Made by a program: the position numbers and the translations under genes
The notes under the pieces: model-generated
What the model saw: only the letters and a program-made list of their open reading frames with translations
Databases searched by the model: none
Told to the model about the DNA's origin: nothing
Part shown: piece by piece, positions 27,073 to 41,233 of the stretch
Layout of the letters: each line of letters starts with the position of its first letter
Position numbering within the stretch: the stretch's first letter is position 1
Source of the DNA: the human T2T-CHM13v2.0 reference genome, Homo sapiens
DNA: 64,000 bases
Assembly: GCF_009914755.1 (NCBI RefSeq)
Contig: NC_060930.1
Reading direction: 5' to 3' (one strand)

Positions 27073-27147
27073 AAGAGTCATGCCCTATCCTGAGAATAGA
27101 GGGACATCAGCTGACATATGACAACATAAACAAACTTGAAGTTTCAG
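27073..27147 (+). CDS. COL19A1: COL19A1 coding exon, 75 nt, (E)ESCPILRIEGHQLTYDNINKLEVS(G)
   Basis: Pyrimidine tract plus AATAG acceptor; CAG|GTAGGC donor; phase 1-1; frame continuous with the flanking exons. Confidence 0.93.
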
Positions 27148-27249
27148 GTAGGCAATATAATCCTTTGCAAAGTAATATTTTATGTAAAATTATCACCAAA
27201 TGCTAGATATGGAATACATTATAGGTGAATCTTTGATACTGCAATTTAA

Positions 27250-27588
<339 letters not shown>

Positions 27589-28364
27589 TAAGGTAGATGA
27601 TGTAGAAAAAATTCCGAAAGCAGGGTTCTATATGTTTAATCTGTGATCAACAATACCTCAACCTCTTGGAGAAAAAAAAACTTATTTAAAATTATAAAAG
27701 TGTCCATTGTAGAAATTTTGGAAGAAGAAAAAAAAATTTGTGAGAAGGAAGATGTCACCACCCAGATAAAGACAAGATTACCATTTTGGTAATCCTTGTT
27801 ATCTTTCCTTTTGGTAATCTTTCTTATCTTTCTTTCTCCTTCTTTTCCTCCTCCTTCTCTTCTCTCTCTCCCACATAAATGCTAATGAGTGTGTGACACA
27901 CACACAGTTATAATTCTTATATTACATTTCATGTGTATGCATTTCCTGTCATCAATACACATTTCTTTAAAGCATAATTTTGTAAAAGGCTGCTTAGATT
28001 TAAACTGAATGGCTGTACTATTTTTAATCTAATTTTCTTACTTTAGACATGAGAGCTGCTGCAATGAGTTACTCTAATTTTTACTTAAGATAATTCCTAG
28101 GTCAAAGGAAATTAAAATTGAGTTTTTTTGAAATATATTCATGATTTTTTTCTAGAAAAATGGCTACACGTTCTATATGCAAAGTGAATTTCATTCTCTT
28201 TTACCCTAAAAGGAGAAAAATAAAATCAAGAAATTTTGCTGATCCCAAGCAGCAAGATTTCGTTTGAAGTGAATCAATTAATAGATAAGGGCAACACAAA
28301 ATTCTGTTTAGAAATTAACATTTCTATTAGTTTATTAAATTGAATCATCTGTTACATTTTACAG

Positions 28365-28464
28365 GTTTTGATCTAGGAGACAGCTTTTCTCTAAGACGTG
28401 CATTTTGTGAAAGTGATAAAACCTGTTTCAAATTGGGAAGTGCACTTCTTATTAGAGACACTAT
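28365..28464 (+). CDS. COL19A1: COL19A1 coding exon, 100 nt, (G)FDLGDSFSLRRAFCESDKTCFKLGSALLIRDT(I); start of the TSPN domain
   Basis: TTTTACAG acceptor and AT|GTAAGT donor; phase 1-2; GFDL motif typical of the TSPN domain start in FACIT collagens. Confidence 0.93.
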
Positions 28465-31400
28465 GTAAGTAAAAAATTATTTTCTTTATGTTTAATAATA
28501 CTTCATAAATTATTTTCTAAAGAGATTTCAAATAATTTGTTTTAAAAATAAAGTTTCTCAATAGCATCATCCTCACTGGAATGCAGTGGTAAACGTGTTG
28601 TTAATGTATTTGTTGTTTATAAAAATCATTGCAATCTAATCTTGGCTCTACAGTGTAAATATCATTTATATGTACAGAAAAAGGCACGATCATTAGAGAA
28701 CAGTAATTAAATCCATTTCTGAAGAAATATTGTTTATGTTTAAAGTAGACATAACCAATATTAGGTTTTTCAAGGTAAACATTAAAACATAAGGCACTAT
28801 ATAGATTCAGAGCCAAAAGACTGATATTTATTGTATAAATTTTTAGATTTTCTATGCTTCTTAAGTTAAAATAAAAGAATTTAGCTCTTAGGTGTTCATC
28901 TTATCTATTGTATAGAGTACATAGTAAATAAAAAGCTGTTTTGTGCTTTTATTTTTGGTCTTGATACTCATTTAATTTTAAAATAGATTTACCAAAGTTT
29001 TCCCTTACTTTTTCTTTCTTTTTTCTACAGATACACTTAGAGTTACAAAAAAAAAATCACTTTCCATTCAAATAGTGACAATTGGTCAGCAACCATACAG
29101 GGCAACAATGATTTACCATATAGTTGGCAATAATTAAAGGATGACTTCATAGTAATTCAGAAAGCTGAGTTATCAGGCAGGCAGGTAGCACATATGGTCA
29201 GGATAATTATTCCTGGAGTCCAAGATGAATATTCGCATGTATGAATATACCGCAATAAAAACCCATCAAAATTCTACTTAGCTTCATATGCAACACAAAT
29301 GTTTTTGTGTGAAAATATGTATGTATGTTTTCCCTTCCTGGGCAGTAGCCTAATATTTAAGACAGACAAGATTGTGGAGAATCTCAAAATTTGAATTCTT
29401 AAAGGGAAATAGCATTAATCATCTCATTGCCCTTGCTCAGACGTTCTGTGTAAATGAGGTTCATAACCTACACTTTTTCCCTGAGAAAAGTTTCTTTTAA
29501 ACCTATTTTGTGATACTTTTGGTAATTTTCATTTAATGACTGAAGTGACTCCTTAAAAGTAAACTGCTCAATACTTGGTAAGAAACAAGAATATTAAGGA
29601 AGGAATTTCAAATCAGGGGATATAATGGGTGGTTGTTAGGTGGGACACTTCAGCAGATGTAACTGTATGGACCCACGCTACAGCTGCCGCTGTTTGGGTG
29701 GTCTCATAAGTAGGCATTAAATTCTCAGGGTACAGCAGTTCCATGCTTAGGTATGCATAAGCCATAAAGAAAAGATGAGAGGCGCAATATTTCTCACATG
29801 TATATATTTAGATGTTTCTTAACTAGGAGTAGATAACTTTAATTAATAAATTTAAGAAAGGCAATACATTCTGTTTAAAAATTAAGATGCATTTTCTCTC
29901 CCCATCTTCTTTTGGATTTAAACCCCTGTAATGCTGGCCAGATGGCAAAAGGATTTTGGCAAAAGGAGTGAAACCTTTTAAAATTCATTGGATTACATGT
30001 GAGAAGACTTAGCTAATTTTACGTAGCTACACTGGAAAACTTGCTGCGACATTTAGACAATGCTATTTCTTTTTGAATTTATGTGATTATAAATATTAGG
30101 CAAGACTTGGAATTTGTTTTCTGAATTTTGGGTTCTAAATCACTGCCCAATCCATGGGTAATCAATGTAAGTGAATTCTCTGGTTCTGTGGAGCAGAACC
30201 TGGTACCTCCACTATAGGAAACCGGGGGTATCTGGTTGAGCTGCCCAGTGAGTATCAAGTAGCTTGGCTCATTTCCACTTACATTTCACTTGTTGAGCCA
30301 AGTATGCTAGGATGCTTCTCTTGCATGATGCCATTTTGATTTTTCAATGAGACTGGAGTAAAGTTGCAGCTATTTATATATTTGTAAATAAGCTGCTTTG
30401 CAGAGTCAGCATGGGAAAAGGCAGATTCTATTTTATATGGAAAATGGGGATGCTTTCTGTGCCTGAGCTTCCTTTTATTGTTCTGGCATATCCCAGGTGA
30501 GGTTCGTGAGAGGAGAGACCTAATGAGTATGTTGGTCTGATACCTGTTAGGCATATTCAATGCCTTGAGCCTTGCTTAATGTAAAACTCCCAAAGACCGC
30601 TTTTGCAGGGGCCTTCCAGATAGACATCTGTCAGGTCCACAACCCAGGTACTAACAAGGGTAGATCGTGAGTCTCAGGCAAAATACAAGTCACCTTTTAT
30701 CTCTGGATAACAACGCAGTAACCAAGAGCTTCTGCCCTGGGCAATAGTATCACACCTTATCAGTTGCCCATGGTTCTTTTGGGTCCTGTACCTGTGCTAA
30801 AGTTATAGGGAAGCTTATGAGAGGCCACACAGACAGCATATATGTTCCCTGGAGGAGGGTCCCTTCCCTGGCCATTCCCCTACCAACGGTTAATTGTGGA
30901 GGCCACACTTTAAATTTCCAAGGAGTAACTTGGAAATTATACTGCACTCTCACGCCAGGGGGCCACAATAGCCAACCATCTACGGTGAGGGGCTTGGAGG
31001 GTCCATGGCCAACACCAGGTTTTTTTGTTATTGTTCCCCTACTTTTAGGGGTGTTGGGGCAGGCAATAACAGATTACTGTTCATCCCCGTACCTGGCTGG
31101 AGAAGGTCATCCTTCCTGTCATAGATCTGGCCACATGGCCTGGCCCTACATGGGTCAGTGACTAACTAGCTAATTCTATAACTTTCAGGTAATGAACCAC
31201 AAGGTTTAGCCTTGATAAACTGCCCAGCATCGGTTCAGATTACCACAGGTGTCACCTCTTTGGTGATCACTATCTACACTGCCTTGAGTTCAACTTATTA
31301 ACTACTTTATCTACACCTGGTTTTAAACCATATGTTGTCAGTGTTAGGCTGGACTGCGGCAGCAATCAAGGCAGCAGCAGTCCTCTGGCTAGACCTATCT

Positions 31401-33268
31401 GTATACCATGCCCCATCAGGAGTGGTGGGGGTGCCTCAGGCTCCATGGCCTTACCTTGCATTAGGCCTATAGGCTTCAAGACCTCTTGTAAATCTGTGCT
31501 AAGGGACTTGTACTCAGCATACTTCACTGCTGCAAGTAGGGGCCCCACTTCGCTAAAGTGGATGTCTGCACCTTCCCTATCCAGGGGGTTGTTACCCATG
31601 AATGTACCTACCACACTGTTGGGTACACTCTGCATGATGACTATATCCCAATCTGCCATGCTTTTATGAGCCTGAAGGGCAGCATACGCACTTACTAACT
31701 GCTTCCCAGTCCGGGGGGTTGTTATCCATAAATGCACCCATCCTGCTATTACTAACTGCTTTTCTATCAAGGAATACCAGAGCTCAGCTCCCTTCCATAG
31801 CTGGGACCAAAAGCCTACTGATATTCTCAGGTGCTCCGTGCACTGCCATAGGCCCTAACTGAAACTATCTGTGGTCACATGCACATCTAGCTTAAATGGG
31901 CACCTCTTGTCAACTACCTGTAGGGCTTATGCCTGCTAATTAGCCTGCTTGGCTACCAGGAAGACTGTCTCAGCAGCATCATACCAATCCTAGGCAAGGG
32001 GAGCATTGCCGCTTCTAAATCTGCAAGAGAATCAGAGGTTAACATAACATCATTAATAAGATCATGACACATGGTGGGGCTATGTATATAGCCCCGCAGC
32101 AACACTGTGAAAGTCCATTGTCAACCTCCCATCAAGGCAAACTGATGGCCTTCTGCCTCCTTGAGGGCTGCCATAGCAGTAGTCACTTCATGTAGGCAGT
32201 GCCCCACATATGGGGTGAGAACAGCAGCTAGAGAGCCAAAATCACTCGGGGGCACTGAGCCCAGCACAAGATCCCTCATGTGGGAGGGAAAGCGTTCATC
32301 ATCTGGCCCCCAGGTATTCAGATCAAATGGTCTGCTCTATACCCATCTTCCAGAGTATTTGCACAAAATGAGTATATGATCGCCATTTACTCACAGTTTC
32401 TAGTATCTCTCCAGCATCATTCCAAACAGTCCATATTGCTGCCATTAGCCACTCGATTAATGTGTGTTCACCATGCCCTTGTGCCAACCATCGGCACAGA
32501 TACAGCCACTGACGAAGGGAGGGGTGAGTTGTGATAAAAGCCAGCTTTTCCATCTCAGAGGTGGAGCAAGAAATGCTGCCAGCCTCCTTGTCCCAAAGAC
32601 AGAGTGGCCAGGCAGGGAGGGGCACTGGGTGCTGCTGACACTGTTACCTAACTCTCACAACTCAGTGGGTGTATAAGCACTATAAGAGGTGTGTTCCACT
32701 ACTGTGGGGGGTTCCAGGGCTCTCCACTGGGTTCCCATCAGATGGTCATGTTGTACCTTTTGACAGATCATAGGGTGAGCCTGCAGTGGTGGAGCCCCCT
32801 CCTCCTCAGGATCAGACCAAATGGGACTGTCCAGCCTGGAGGACAGGCTCAAGGTCACACTTACAGCTGTTGCTAACTCTTGTTCCAGGCTGTTTATCTG
32901 GGCCTCCAAGTGCCCTGCTTGCACCTGAAGGTCCCTCACCCCCGGTTCTGCTACAAGCTGTGCACTTGGGTCCCTAGGCACACGGCTTGTGCTGGGATGT
33001 CCCTTACCTGTGGCACTGAGCATGTATTTCACACAGTGCAGTCAGAAATGCCCATCCAACTCTGCTGGTGGAGGTGCGTTCCTTCTCGGTGCTGCGTGCT
33101 TCCAGCTGCCTCGGTGCTTTCTCCACACTCACAGGAGACCTATCCACTGCCTCCCACATTTCCATTGGGGCCCATCCAAGCAGCACCACTGACACCAGGT
33201 ACCACAGCCCATGCTGCAGCCACAGAGCCAACCCGGGAGCCTTCAGGGGCCAAAGACCCACTCACCTT

Positions 33269-33286
33269 ATCCTGCCAACTATGCCA
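33269..33286 (-). promoter_or_regulatory. Primer-binding site for tRNA-Ser, followed by the viral splice donor AAG|GTGAG
   Basis: Minus strand TGGCATAGTTGGCAGGAT equals the tRNA-Ser PBS TGGCGTAGTCGGCAGGAT with two CpG-decay changes; 2 nt from the LTR. Confidence 0.88.
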
Positions 33287-33288
33287 AT

Positions 33289-33856
33289 TGTCAGGTCCAT
33301 GACTACGCCAGATGTTATGCTGGGGTCAGGTTCCAGCTCATGCTGAGATCTGAAGGGAGTGGGTGGGTGAGCAGAGAGCTAAAAGAACACTTGGAGGGCT
33401 GTAGGCAGGTGAAAGGTAGTTTTATTCAGCAGCTCTCTCAACAGCAGCTTACACACACTAGGTCTCTCAAACTGTTCGCTCTGTCTTGGCTGCTTCATCC
33501 GGTGGCTCCCACACACAGCTACATGGACAGCTCTCCCTTCAGGGTCAGCAGCTTAACTGTTTCTCTCTCTGGGCATGAGTGAGCTGAGCCGTGTCCTGGC
33601 TCCCCGCTGTTCATCTGCAAAGATGGACAGCTTTGACTCTGTTTCTCTGGGCGCAAGTGCACTTGTACAGTGTCAGCAGGGCAATTATACCTTTCACAGA
33701 CAATAGTGGCGTAGGGCCAAGGGATGGCCTTCCCATGTTATGGCTACATGGTTTTGATAACAAGAGGAGTTATACGCCTGTGCTCTAAACTCACTGAGTC
33801 ACTCTGGATGTTTACCTCGGCCTATCCTTGACCAAAGCACAGCCGTGTTCCTTACA
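33289..33856 (-). mobile_element. LTR18-family 5' LTR (LTR18B-like length)
   Basis: Minus strand TGTAAGGAACACGGCTGTG...GGACCTGACA; AATAAA on the minus strand near 33420; AP-1 TGAGTCA at 33795-33801. Confidence 0.85.
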
Positions 33857-35062
33857 ACATCATTGTACACTTAGAGGTGGCACAGGCTCAGGGGATATTT
33901 GAGGGGCTTTATGTGTTTTGTTGGCTTTAAATTCATGTCCATTCTTCAGTATTTATGGGATAGCAAATGGTAAGTATTTGGGGGCTTTAGAAGATTCTGG
34001 GTGGCATGCTACCTAGTTCTCTAGAATTATTTGTTTAGAGGAAATTTTCTTGGCTTCTTATATCTACAAGTATCCCTAGTTATTTAAAAGAGATAATTCA
34101 TTATTTGTATACATATTGAGAGCTATAGCAAAGAAGATTATATTTTGATTATTTTAAAATTGTGTTTTGGCAGTTATCAGGGGAAATTGGTAAAATACTG
34201 AGTAAAAACAGATAAAAACACACACAAACACACATACTATAGAGTACCTTATTTTCTTGGCATAATGTAGTCTCTATCTAGCTTCCATTAGTTGCTTCAA
34301 TAGAAAATTCAAATAAAATGTCTTAGTATTGAATATTTTAGATGAATGTTGAATTTCTACATGCTGTTGGTTCTGAAGGAGCAACACACTCAGCTTGACT
34401 GGCCGATGAAGAAATTGATTTCAAATGTACCAAGGAAGTGAGTTTTCTGATTCATTGTTTAATTCAAGTATGGTAAAGAGCCTTATCCCTTAGGCTCTTG
34501 ATAGCTACTGGCTGTCTGGAATGCTATGTTGAGAAGGATTCTGGAGCCATAGTGGGTTTAAAGTGCTGTGACCCATTAAAAAAAAGAGGGAGGGAGGAGT
34601 GAGCATATGTGTTCCATATCTATAGCCTCTCTGAATTAGGATGATTTCTGTAAGCTGGTGGCTTTTGCAATTGAAGCAGTGTCTAAGAATGAGGGGAAAT
34701 GAGGCTACGTGTGAAAAAATAACACAGATTAAATTTAATACGATTTATGAGCTTGAATAATATAGCTAGACACAGTGACATAAATGACATATATGATCCC
34801 CTTAGTATTTGTTACAAATAAATAAATCTCTAGTGAAAGGGAGTCTTCTTTATCTGTGTCTCTGTATCTCTCTCATTCAATTGGTGTCTACTTTATGAAA
34901 GTAAAGATAATTTAGTTTCATAGCTTTATGTGAAAATAAGAGGTAGCTGGTAGGAGCTATTCTAATTTATGTTTATGGATTTACAAACATAATAATCTTT
35001 AGCAAGTAGGAAACCCAAACTACAAATTTGGAAGATGTGTAATGTTTTTCAGAAATATTTGA

Positions 35063-35612
<550 letters not shown>

Positions 35613-38369
35613 TAGGATTATTTTCATACAATTGACTTTTAGAAATAAAATTACTTGTTCATATTTAGGGATCTTGATATATACTACTAATTATGTTCAA
35701 TCATTGTTTTCTCCATGTATTCTGCATATTTTCCAATATCTTCTGTAGCACTAGGAATTATCATGTTAAGATTTTGTGTTTTATTTAACTTAAAACTTGT
35801 GCAGTTACAAATAGAAGCTGTAGTTTACTGTATAATTTTCACAGAAGTTCCTAAAATGTTTCTGTTTTGCTAAAGGGTGAATAAGAGGTAGCATTCGGTA
35901 AGTCACTGAAATGAATGCAGTCTAGTCTAGAGCTTATCCTTTTACTCAGCAAGCATTTGTTGAGTGTCACCATGGGCCAGGCACTTTGCTAGGTTCTGAG
36001 CTTACATTGATAAAAGAATGTGGATCTAGTCTTTCCTTCCTGGAACCTGCTAGAAAGATACACAGTGCAAGGAAAAGCTACACTTCCCCCTTGCTTTGCC
36101 TTCATAGAAGGCAACTGAGATGTATTGCCTTCTATTGTTCAAGCTTAGACTGCATGACTCAAATTTCACCCCTTATAAAGGCTAAACTTCCTTAAGCATC
36201 ATGCACAAGGCTAATTTTCAATGTTTTCATTCCTTGCCTCTTAAGGGACTATTTTGAGGGACTATTTTGTAATGCATAGTTCTCCTTTGAGTCCTCTCCA
36301 AGTTCTCAAGACAAATTCAGAGGCTGAAAACTTGTTCAGAACTCTGATATCGAAGTGTCTCCTTGCTGAGTGTTTTAGAAGGATTACTTTACAATTCCAT
36401 TAAGCTCTAGAGAATGCCTATTTATGCATCCCTTGGGTTTTCATTTGGGGCATTCCTTCATTGTGTAGATAGGAATTTTCCTATATAAGGATAGGTGACT
36501 TAGTTACAAAGTTGTCCAGCTGTTTTTATGAGATTGTATGACTGTTATACATGATTATGTCATCACTGTATTTCCTTCATTGCAGTTTGGCATACCAAGA
36601 ATCTGAGGTTAGTCATTAAGTCATACTTTTTTTAAATGGAAAGAACATATACAAATATTTACTACTCAATAGTCAAAAGCACCTATTTTATTTTTTCTAG
36701 AAAATTCAGAATTGTTAATAGGCAGCAATAAATTTCTTAGTATAGAAATAGCTATTAAGATGTAATGTAATATGAAATATTATTAGTTCAGTATTGTTAT
36801 TTACTGATTTTGGAAACATTTGATGTTATCATTATCAAATTTAAGTAAGTTGTGATTTTGCTCTTTCAGATTTCATATAACTCAGTATTGGGAAAAGTAG
36901 AACATATCAGTAATTAATCATATGTGTATAAATTCTACAACATTCATATGACTTAAAGTTTTTTCTTGGACTTGACCATTCATTTATTAGCCAGAGAGAA
37001 ATAAGTTTGTTTAAAAGGTACAGAAATGTTTTAAGTTTAATGTCTATTTGTGGACATTAGTAGATAAAATCTTATAAAATTAAAATATTTTTGTGTTTCA
37101 CATGAGTTAAAATGGAAAAACCATAAATCTATTTATACATTTAAGAAACTAAAGTTCCTATAGTAAGAAACAATAATGTCACTATTATTGCCTTCAAAGA
37201 ATGTATTCTTAACAATTAAATTACCCAAAAAAGCCTCACATAAAATGGAATGAAAGTGAGAAGCTGCAATTCATTTACAAACTTATCCATTTTCTAGCCT
37301 CAAATGTACATAAACTTTCTAAGGAAAAGAGGGTAGGTTCTCATTTCTGAGGAAAAAAGGAGTAGTTTTTCACTTGTCTTGTTGAAACACAGGACAGAAC
37401 ATTAGTAAAGAGTTTGCAGAAAGAGGTATAAGATACGGTTCTTGCCTCTAGGGAGTGTGTGATATCTCTCCTCTTAGGGGCAAGAAATGAAGACAGACTT
37501 AATTATAATTATAATTATAAGCATACAGTTAATGCTTTAAATGTTCAACGGAACAAATATAAAGACAAAATCTCTTATATTTGGGATGATAAAAAAATAT
37601 CTTGAAGACTATGGGATTTAAACTAGGCTTTGAAAACTGAAGAGACTACTGAGAGTCAGAGATGAATCAAGTTCTGGGGAGAAGAAAGACATCTAAGGTG
37701 AGGGAAGGCCCTAGGAGGTTAAGACATGGAAAAATACAATAAATATAATTACATGAGATAATTTCTATATGAGTAAAACATTGACAACCCAATTTATCCA
37801 TATCCAAGGTGGCAGGCAGTTTGATTTTCTCTGATGCTCACAAACATTACATAAGCCCCTGGCAAAAATTTTGAAGAACTGATATACGATTTTCCCCACC
37901 ACATCCAGATGGCTTAAGTTCTAATGAAAGTCTACGGTCATTCAAAATAGGTAATAGGCCTCTCATATGGTATCATATAATCGGAAAGGTATTATTTTTC
38001 TTTAGACTCCATTGCTCACATCAGAACTCCCATTCTTTGGCCAGGCAGGAAATTGTTCAGATATATAAGCCTTACAGGGTAGAGATTACATCCAACTGAT
38101 TCATGTTTGTGTCCCTCGTGGTACCTGACACACAGTGGTGTTTAGTGCTAGTTGAATTGGTATGATCTTAAGTTTAAATTGAAGGGATATTTGAAATTTA
38201 TTGGTACAGCTACTTGCATATTTTAGGCAACCAATAATTTCTTTTCACCAGCACCTCAAAAAATAAGGCACCTTACTTCTAATTCTTGTACTAGATCTTT
38301 TCACCAAAGAAGACTTAAGAACAAGGCACATGTGACTACCCAGTTTCCAACAATGATAATGATTCTTAT

Positions 38370-38580
38370 AATACCACCTTACATTTATGAATGTTATATG
38401 ATTTACAAAGTAATTTTGCCTTCTTGTATCAATGGTACCACAATGACTTCTGTGATGTAGTACTTTATCACCATTTTATAGATGAAAAATGAGGTTGAAT
38501 GACATTAAGGAATTCACCTAAAATTTCAAAAATAATAAACAGTTGTGTCTAGAACTCAGTTCTTCTGTCTCCAAATCCAG
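38370..38580 (-). mobile_element. MIR fragment
   Basis: ccattttatagatgaaaaatgaggt...agaactcagttcttctgtctccaaatcca. Confidence 0.6.
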
Positions 38581-40930
38581 AATTAATTTCTACTTTATTA
38601 TGACTAATTACATGTAAATTATCTTGTTATGTCTATATGCCATTTACTTTGATAGTAGTGAGGTACTAGCTAAATGTACTACTTAGGAGTCATAATAAAG
38701 CAAATGTTCTCATAAAGTAATGAAACTAAAGTGTTCTATTTTGATAATTACTTGGGCCAGTCTAATAGGCATTGATTAATCTACCTCTATTGTTGGATTA
38801 TATATTAGATTTTTTTCTTTTTCCAGTCATTCTTTTATCCTATGAATCAATCTTGTAAGGGACAGCAGAGCTTTTCGCCTGGTAGGGTTGTGTGAATGTA
38901 TCTGTGCAGTGTACACTGCAGATTTTCAGAGTGTACAAAAGAAAGGCATGTAAGCATGTACTTCAGTCTTATCTTTAATCTTAATTTGGCTCATAAAAAT
39001 GCTATTTGAGGACTAATTAGTTATTATCCTTAGGTGGTTGCAAATGCGTTGATTTATAATGGTTGTAAACCTACAAATAAGCATGGTCTTAAATTTATGA
39101 ATTAGAGAATTGACCTTTAGTAGTGCTTGATGCTTTGTTATACTAGTGCTTCAGCATAGCTTTATAACAACTCTAAAGATTTTTCTGTAGGCTGATTGGA
39201 TTCTGTGTATCACAAAATAGCATCAAATAGTCTAATCCTCCTTCTCAGACACAGTCAGACTGTAGGATATAATTATAATTTCAATAATAAACTTTGAAAT
39301 CTATGTCAACCAAGGAAGAATAATTGTGCCAACTGATAAATCATTACTTTATTGTCATTTCAATTCTTTCAACTTAGCCACAAATGCTAATTAGAAAATA
39401 AACATGGTAGCAGAAAAACTATGCTTATGTTATTTTATGTGATTCCTGTAAGTTTCCTACATCTTGTTCATTATCTCATTTAGGTCAGCACTTATGTTTC
39501 CTAAGACACTTTTTTTTTCCCCAAATTAGGTGACATTTTAATAATTTTAGACTAAAGTAATAAAATATTCAAATAATTGACTTGATTAATTCCTTTCACC
39601 CTGGCTATATCTAAGTAATTTGGAAACATCATAAGTTCAGTGAAAATGTTAATATGAACACATGTGGTGATGCCATGCAGAATTAACATCTGGCTGGTTG
39701 AATTTGAGACTGAGTTGACCAGATGTTTTGTGTTCAAGTTATTTTTCTTATTTGAACAATCTCAACTTCTTCTCTCTACTTCATAATTTCTTAATTTCAG
39801 CTGTTCTCCCTGGAGGCAACCCCCCTTCTTTCAAAGGTTAACCCCTTCACTTGTGCTCTTAATCCTCTCCTAGCCAGCCTCCTCTAAGACCTTGATCCAC
39901 CCATGATCCCCCTGCTCTTGGGTCTTCAGTGCTCCTCTCCACAGTATCCTGGCCTCTTACTCTACAAATATATACTTAATCCTTCCCTATTACAGAAACA
40001 TTTTCCCTGGGCAGTCCCCTTTACTCACAGACTTCTTAAAGGAACAATGTTACTGTCCACTTTTACTTCTTCACACATCCCTTAGCCCATTAAAATCTGA
40101 CTAGGACTTCTTGAACACTATGGAAATTTCTGCCTCATAGTTGCCGGTGACAGCTGTCCTAATTCCAATGCCAGCGTTGACCTAGGTGTTGCACTAAACT
40201 TCCTTTGTTAACCCATTTCTGTCTCTCTCTGTCATACCATGCCCACCTTTTCTGCCCATTGGAATCCTACATATCCTAGAAAGCTTAGTACACATGCTAC
40301 ATTCTACACTAAGCCCTCACTAATGTCCTTCAAGTTTCCTTCTTTTTTTGGTGGTCCAATACCACTTTTTCCATAATTCTTACATAATTCTGATCTCATT
40401 CTGACTTGTGTAATCTAAATGTTCTCAGGCCTCGTTAATATGTGGATTTAAATGATATTATATTAACATCAATGCGTAAATTGATATTACTTCTACTTTC
40501 TACATACATCACTGCTTAAAACCTACTGTTGTTATTTCTGGGAGCCCGAAAAGTGATGCACATGTGTTCATGTTCAAAAGCAGATATGCTTTTCTTCTTG
40601 TTTTCTAATTTTCTTATCAATGCGTGTTGCTATTGCCATTGCTGGGAGCTCTCTCCACGCAAATGCTACTCTGTGAGACCCAACCAACCTCTGCTCATGG
40701 CTGCTCATTCTTGGCCCACAGGTGCCAGAATTACCCTGTGGCTTATGACTGTGTGAGGTGTGCATGTGTGCTTTGGAAGGTGGTGGCAGAGATCTAAAGA
40801 CCCCTTCTCTAACTGTCCCCTGGGCCCTGAGGCAGTGTATCTTGGGCACAGAGCCTCACAGAGTGTTTAATAAATATAGTCCTATCAACTCCTGGCTCAC
40901 CATCATTTGTGAGTCTCAAAAGCCAGTAGA

Positions 40931-41233
40931 GGCCAGGCACGGTGGCTCACACCAGTAATCCTAGCACTTTGGGAGGCCAAGGCAGGCAGATCGCTTGAGC
41001 CCAGGAGTTCGAGATCAGCTTGAGTAACATAGCAAAACCCTGTCTCTACAAAATACAAAAAAGTTAGCCAGGTATGGTGGTGTATGCCTGTAGTCATAGC
41101 TACTCAGGAGCCTCAGGTGGGAGGATTGCTTGAGCCCAGGGAGGTTGAGGCTGCAGTGAGCCCTGATCATGCCACTACACTCCAGCCTGAGTGACAGAGT
41201 GAGACCCTGTCTCAAAAAATTAAAAAATAAAAA
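40931..41233 (+). mobile_element. AluJ
   Basis: gcttgagcccaggagttcgag, ggaggattgcttgagccc and gaggctgcagtgag...gagaccctgtctc are J-type diagnostics. Confidence 0.93.

Larger units (their letters stand above)
30629..33856 (-). mobile_element. Heavily deleted HERV-S/HERVL18 (class III) provirus
   Basis: 5-bp TSD ACATC (30624-30628 and 33857-33861); full 5' LTR; tRNA-Ser PBS; gag-like fragments; decayed RT peptide QFALMGG*QWTFTVLLRGYIHSPTMCH...INDVML at about 32030-32145 (-); only about 15 bp of the 3' LTR terminus remains. Confidence 0.88.

Noticed and set aside
33269-33310. tRNA-Ser 3'-end matches as a tRNA gene
   Set aside because: They are only 10-18 nt long, adjacent to an LTR and lack a cloverleaf or A/B boxes, so they are primer-binding sites.
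30750-33788. Dense cluster of overlapping ORFs on both strands
   Set aside because: It reflects the higher GC content of the decayed HERV-S. The gag/pol frames are broken by stops and large deletions, so a domesticated gene is not supported.
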